A DNA stretch of 64,000 nucleotides from the NCBI GenBank assembly GCA_037447605.1, contig CM074806.1, positions 496,001-560,000 on the forward strand, written 5' to 3'. Positions 60,115 through 64,000 of the stretch are shown piece after piece. The DNA comes from Zygnema circumcarinatum SAG 698-1b. Taxonomy: Eukaryota; Plantae; Zygnematophyceae. The notes below the pieces were generated by a model, which saw only the letters and a program-made list of their open reading frames with translations, searched no databases and was not told where the DNA came from. Position 1 is the stretch's first letter, and each line of letters starts with the position of its first letter. A program made the translations under genes and the position numbers.

Positions 60115-63100
60115 GAGGCATATATATATATATGTTTATATATATATATATTAAGAGAGAGTAGTTATATAGAGGAGGGAGAGCGAGAGAGGAAGATAAT
60201 GAGAGAGAGAGAGCGACAGAAAGAGTGGGAGAGAGAAGAAGAGAGTGAGAGAGGGAACGAGAGAGACAGAGAGAGAGAGAGAGAGAAGTCTTGCTGACTC
60301 GTTCCCTTTTCCAATGTTTGACACCAAGACTATTTATTCCATCTCAAAGGTCTTCGATAAGGTGCCTGCACAACCGAAATCAATTCAATCCTTGTTACTG
60401 CAAATAAATCGGAATCAATATTACGCTGCAGTCGTTTCTTTGTACTCGATCGAGAGACAGATTCAATAGACAGAGAACAGTACAGAAAATCGTAAGCAGG
60501 ATAAGAAATGAAAGGAATTTTAAAGCTTCCCGAAAAAGCGAATAGTTCCACACTCTTGGAAACTTCTAGAAACAGAAATTTAGAGAATTTTTTAAAGAAC
60601 TTTCTGTTTAAGATATATCGTGCTTTCTATAAAGATCTTCGAACTTTCTGGAAATTTTATTGTAAATTAAGAGACCCATACTCATGCAGGAGAGCCGGAT
60701 GGTTGGTAGATCGATCATGTACTGTCTCTTCCCCCACCCTCTCTCTCTTTCTCTCTCCCTCTCTCTCACTCTCACTCTCTCTCTCGCTCACTCTCTCGCC
60801 CTCTCTCCCTCTCTCTCTCTCTCGCTCTCTCTCTCTCTCACTCTCTCTCTCTCTCTCGCTCTCTCGCCCTCTCTCTCTCTCGCTCGCTCTCGCTCTCTCT
60901 CTCTCGCGCTCTCACTCGCTCTCGCTCTCTCCCTCTCCCTCTATACACTGCTTGAAGTAAACTATTTAAACTAAATAATTTGAACTCAGCCATTCGACAT
61001 GACATGGAAAGTTCGCACTGTACCGATTTCATTTTCGGCTTATTCTTGAACTGATAACGGCACAGCGTGTTCGCTGCAACGCATACATCATATATTCAGT
61101 TTGAAATCGGTGAACAGAGGGTGGTAGAAATTGCGTCATGGTAAAAGGAAAACGGAAGAATCCTCACATAGATCGCCTCACCTACATTCAATAAAGAACA
61201 GCAAGCTAACAAAAAAAAAACATATGAAAGAAATATTTAACTTTTCGATCCATTTTATTTTGACCTAAAAAAAAAAGCCATTGCAAACGGGTCTCAATCC
61301 ATCACCAGTTTTTTTTTTTTTACAAAAATTTCCTTTCCAACCAAAAATTATTCCAAACATGGCCCCTCTGCCCATCAGCATACCTAAAGAAAATTCCCAA
61401 CTGTATGATTCCATTTCAAGTTTCTTCTTCTTTCCCCAAATTCTTCTCCTGGAGAAAAGTAAAAAGCCCACTCCCTCTTCCGCTCCCTCTCCTTCTCACT
61501 CTCCCTCGCCCTTCCAGCCCCTTCCAAAACCCCAAACCCTCCTCCCACACACCTTCTTGCGCCTCCCGTAACCTCCTCCTCCTCCTCCCTCCGCGCCGCC
61601 TTCCCTCTCCTCTCTGAACCCTAACCCTACAAGCCTCTGAACCCTAAATCCCTTGCCCCCAACCCTAACCCTAACCCTAACCTTGTCTTGCGTCCGCTGC
61701 CCAAAAAAATCTGAGCCCTGAATTCTGAACCCTGCGCCTGCCCCCGTCTCCGTCTCCAGAAGCCTCCTCTCCTCCTCCTGAACCCCTCCCTCTCCTTCTT
61801 TCTTCCCAAACCCTCCCTGAACACTCCCCCTCCCGCCGCCATGGCTTCGGCGATGCCCCGTCAGCAGGGGGGCCGGCGCCGGCAGAGCCATCTGCTGCCA
61901 CGTGTCCCGTCATGGTCCCGGCATGGCTTCCACGTGTGCGGGACACGTCACGTGGCACATTTTTAGGTCGCCACGTGGAGGGAAGTGTCGGCGGGTCCCA
62001 AGCGGCCGACGGCGTCGAGGCTCGAGGACTCCGCCCGCACGTCGTTGTCACGAATGGTAGAACCGGTACTTCGGAAAGAATGGCTCGCATACAAGTTAAA
62101 ATTGATTGACCTTTTGCGGTGTACCAAATCTGAACTAGTGTTCTGCAAGAATGGCAATGCAAGGCGCGCCGATGGTGAGTGTGCCGCCGTCGGCACTTGC
62201 GGTATCGCACGTGCGAATGGATTTTGCACGTGTGAGGGGATGTGGCGGCCAATGGGAGTGCTCGGGGTCCTGCGAGACCGGTACGACGCGGACAGCCGGG
62301 AGAGGGGGCCGATCAACTGAACTCTGGCCACTGGGATCCATTTCCGTGGTGGACCCAGCACGTGGTGGACTCGGACCTGGACGCACGCAGCCTCACATGC
62401 CCAATTTGGGGTTTGGGAAATCGTACACATTATACCGCTATGTGTTTTACAGAATCAGTATAAAATCTTGAGATTTAGATTTAATTTCAAGGCAAAACCG
62501 TACTTAGTCTGAACTACTGTTCATGCTTGGCACATGTACCACCATTACAGTTTTCGAATCCTTCGGTCGCACAGGACAGGGACACCAATCATGGCCCGTT
62601 GTCGCATGTGCCGAATATTCTCATACATGTCGAGCTGGAGGAATATCCTCCCTAAGCCCAACACGTCGCAGGAAACGTTTTTCGGCTCCTTACTAAACGG
62701 CAGATCCGTACCGACTTGGTCCTCTGATTGACCACTCTTGAACTGCCACGTGCAGATACTTTACGGTAATGACGACAGAAAGCGGATAGAATTGTCGGTT
62801 ATAAGTACGGTTAGTTGACTTTCAGGAAGTCAAGTCTCAGCTGTACCGGTTTTTCTCCGTACAGTTTTGGCAGCTAGTCCGGATTCCGGAACGGCATTGA
62901 AGCGTGCGACATCAACGACCTGACTCTGGCTCGATCTCAAGCGCGGTCAACGGCTCCACATGTGACAAATCCGTTTCTCGTAATTGTGCCAACCGTACGT
63001 ATCCATGCCATGTTGTAATGTCAAAATTTCAAACTGTGATCATGAGCATAGAACAACACCGAGATGTTGAACTGAACCAACAAGCGTTGAACAGCGTTGA

Positions 63101-63374
63101 ACAGTGTACATGTCACATACGTCTTGTTCCATCTCTCTCATGGTCCGAACAACAACAACACATGCTCAACATTGTACACACTTGACAGCTATAAGAACCC
63201 TATCAACCCTAAAACCCTAGAACCCTAAACCCTAGAAACCCTAAATCCCATGAAACCCTAAGACCCTAGAAACCCTAAGACCCTGAAACTCTAAAACCCT
63301 AAGACCCTGAAACTCTAAAACCCTAAACCCTAAAGCCCTAAACCCTAAAACCCAATACCCTAAAACCCTAAACC

Positions 63375-63767
63375 CTACAATGTCAATCCTAGTCTCTGCT
63401 TGGCCGCCGCCGCGCGCCCTTCGAAGGCCGCGAACTGCTCTTCCAAATTTGGGGGCGGCCATGGCCCTTCGCTCAGGCGGCCGCCCATTTCCATGTTCCA
63501 TGCGCGGTCGACCAACGGAGCCAGTTCCCTGCAACGCCGCCATGGAACGTCCGTTGGAGGCCCAAACAGGGGCCACACGGAGATTCATGTCAGTTTCCAG
63601 TTCAGTTTCAGTTCGATTTTGAAATTTGAATTGGCTTAAGAAATTTTCAAAGAAAAAAAATGAAGTTGGCGGTGGCTCGCACCGCAGGTCGTGGCTGACG
63701 ACGAGGATGGTTCGCTCCCTCTTCAAATTGGCCAACAACTGAACCACGTCGGCACGGGCCCGCCAGT
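63375..63767 (-). CDS. ABCI11: ABC transporter I-family ATPase, last two exons (gene extends beyond the window)
   Basis: Exons 63767-63683 and 63528-63375 give DWRARADVVQLLANLKRERTILVVSHDLRELAPLVDRAWNMEMGG; H-loop VVSHD; resembles plant ABCI11/NAP14 as I recall it. Confidence 0.8.
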
Positions 63768-64000
63768 CTGACAGACTCGCCAAAGGGAGGGAGAGAGAGG
63801 GAGAGAGGGCGAGAGAGAGAGGGGGGAGAGAGAGAGGGGGAGAGAGAGGGAAGAGGGGAGAGAGAGAGGGAGAGAAAAAGAGAGTGAGGGGGGGGGAGAG
63901 AGAGAAAGAGAGAGAGAGGGGGAGAGAGAGGGGGGGAGAGAGAGAGAAAGAGAGCGAGGGGGGAGAGAAAAAGAGAACGAGAGAGAGGGGGGAAGGATAA

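Noticed and set aside
61677-62471. Overlapping 100-190-aa ORFs in a GC-rich island
   Set aside because: No recognisable motifs or consistent splice structure; better explained as promoter or leader DNA

Overview
Eukaryotic nuclear DNA from a green plant-lineage genome. The plant-type orthologues and the repeat-filled introns suggest a streptophyte alga, but this is inference. It is a gapped draft assembly with many 10-N gaps. I reconstructed exons by hand from splice sites and reading-frame continuity. From left to right: a TOM1/THH1-family multipass membrane protein (-), XPF/UVH1 endonuclease (-, two expected exons probably lost in gaps), ELP5 (+), a secreted divergent CHRD-domain protein (+), a small hypothetical protein (-), an Mpv17/PMP22 protein (+), CNX2/MoaA (-), the Golgi SNARE GOS1/GOS12 (-), IMPDH (+), a kelch + AT-hook protein (-) and the 3' end of an ABCI11-like ATPase (-). 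Most other ORFs in the track are translations of GA/CT or telomere-like repeats. The most unusual layer is non-coding. Introns are built from strand-polarised telomere-like (CCCTAA/TTAGGG variants) and GA/CT arrays, which are repeatedly arranged as inverted pairs across exons or within introns. Several splice acceptors lack polypyrimidine tracts, and two GC donors share the context CAG|GCAGGC. Repeat-free intergenic islands are enriched in CGTAC and CACGTG motifs. Two local duplications bounded by N gaps are probably assembly artefacts. I recognised no tRNA, rRNA, CRISPR array or transposase.
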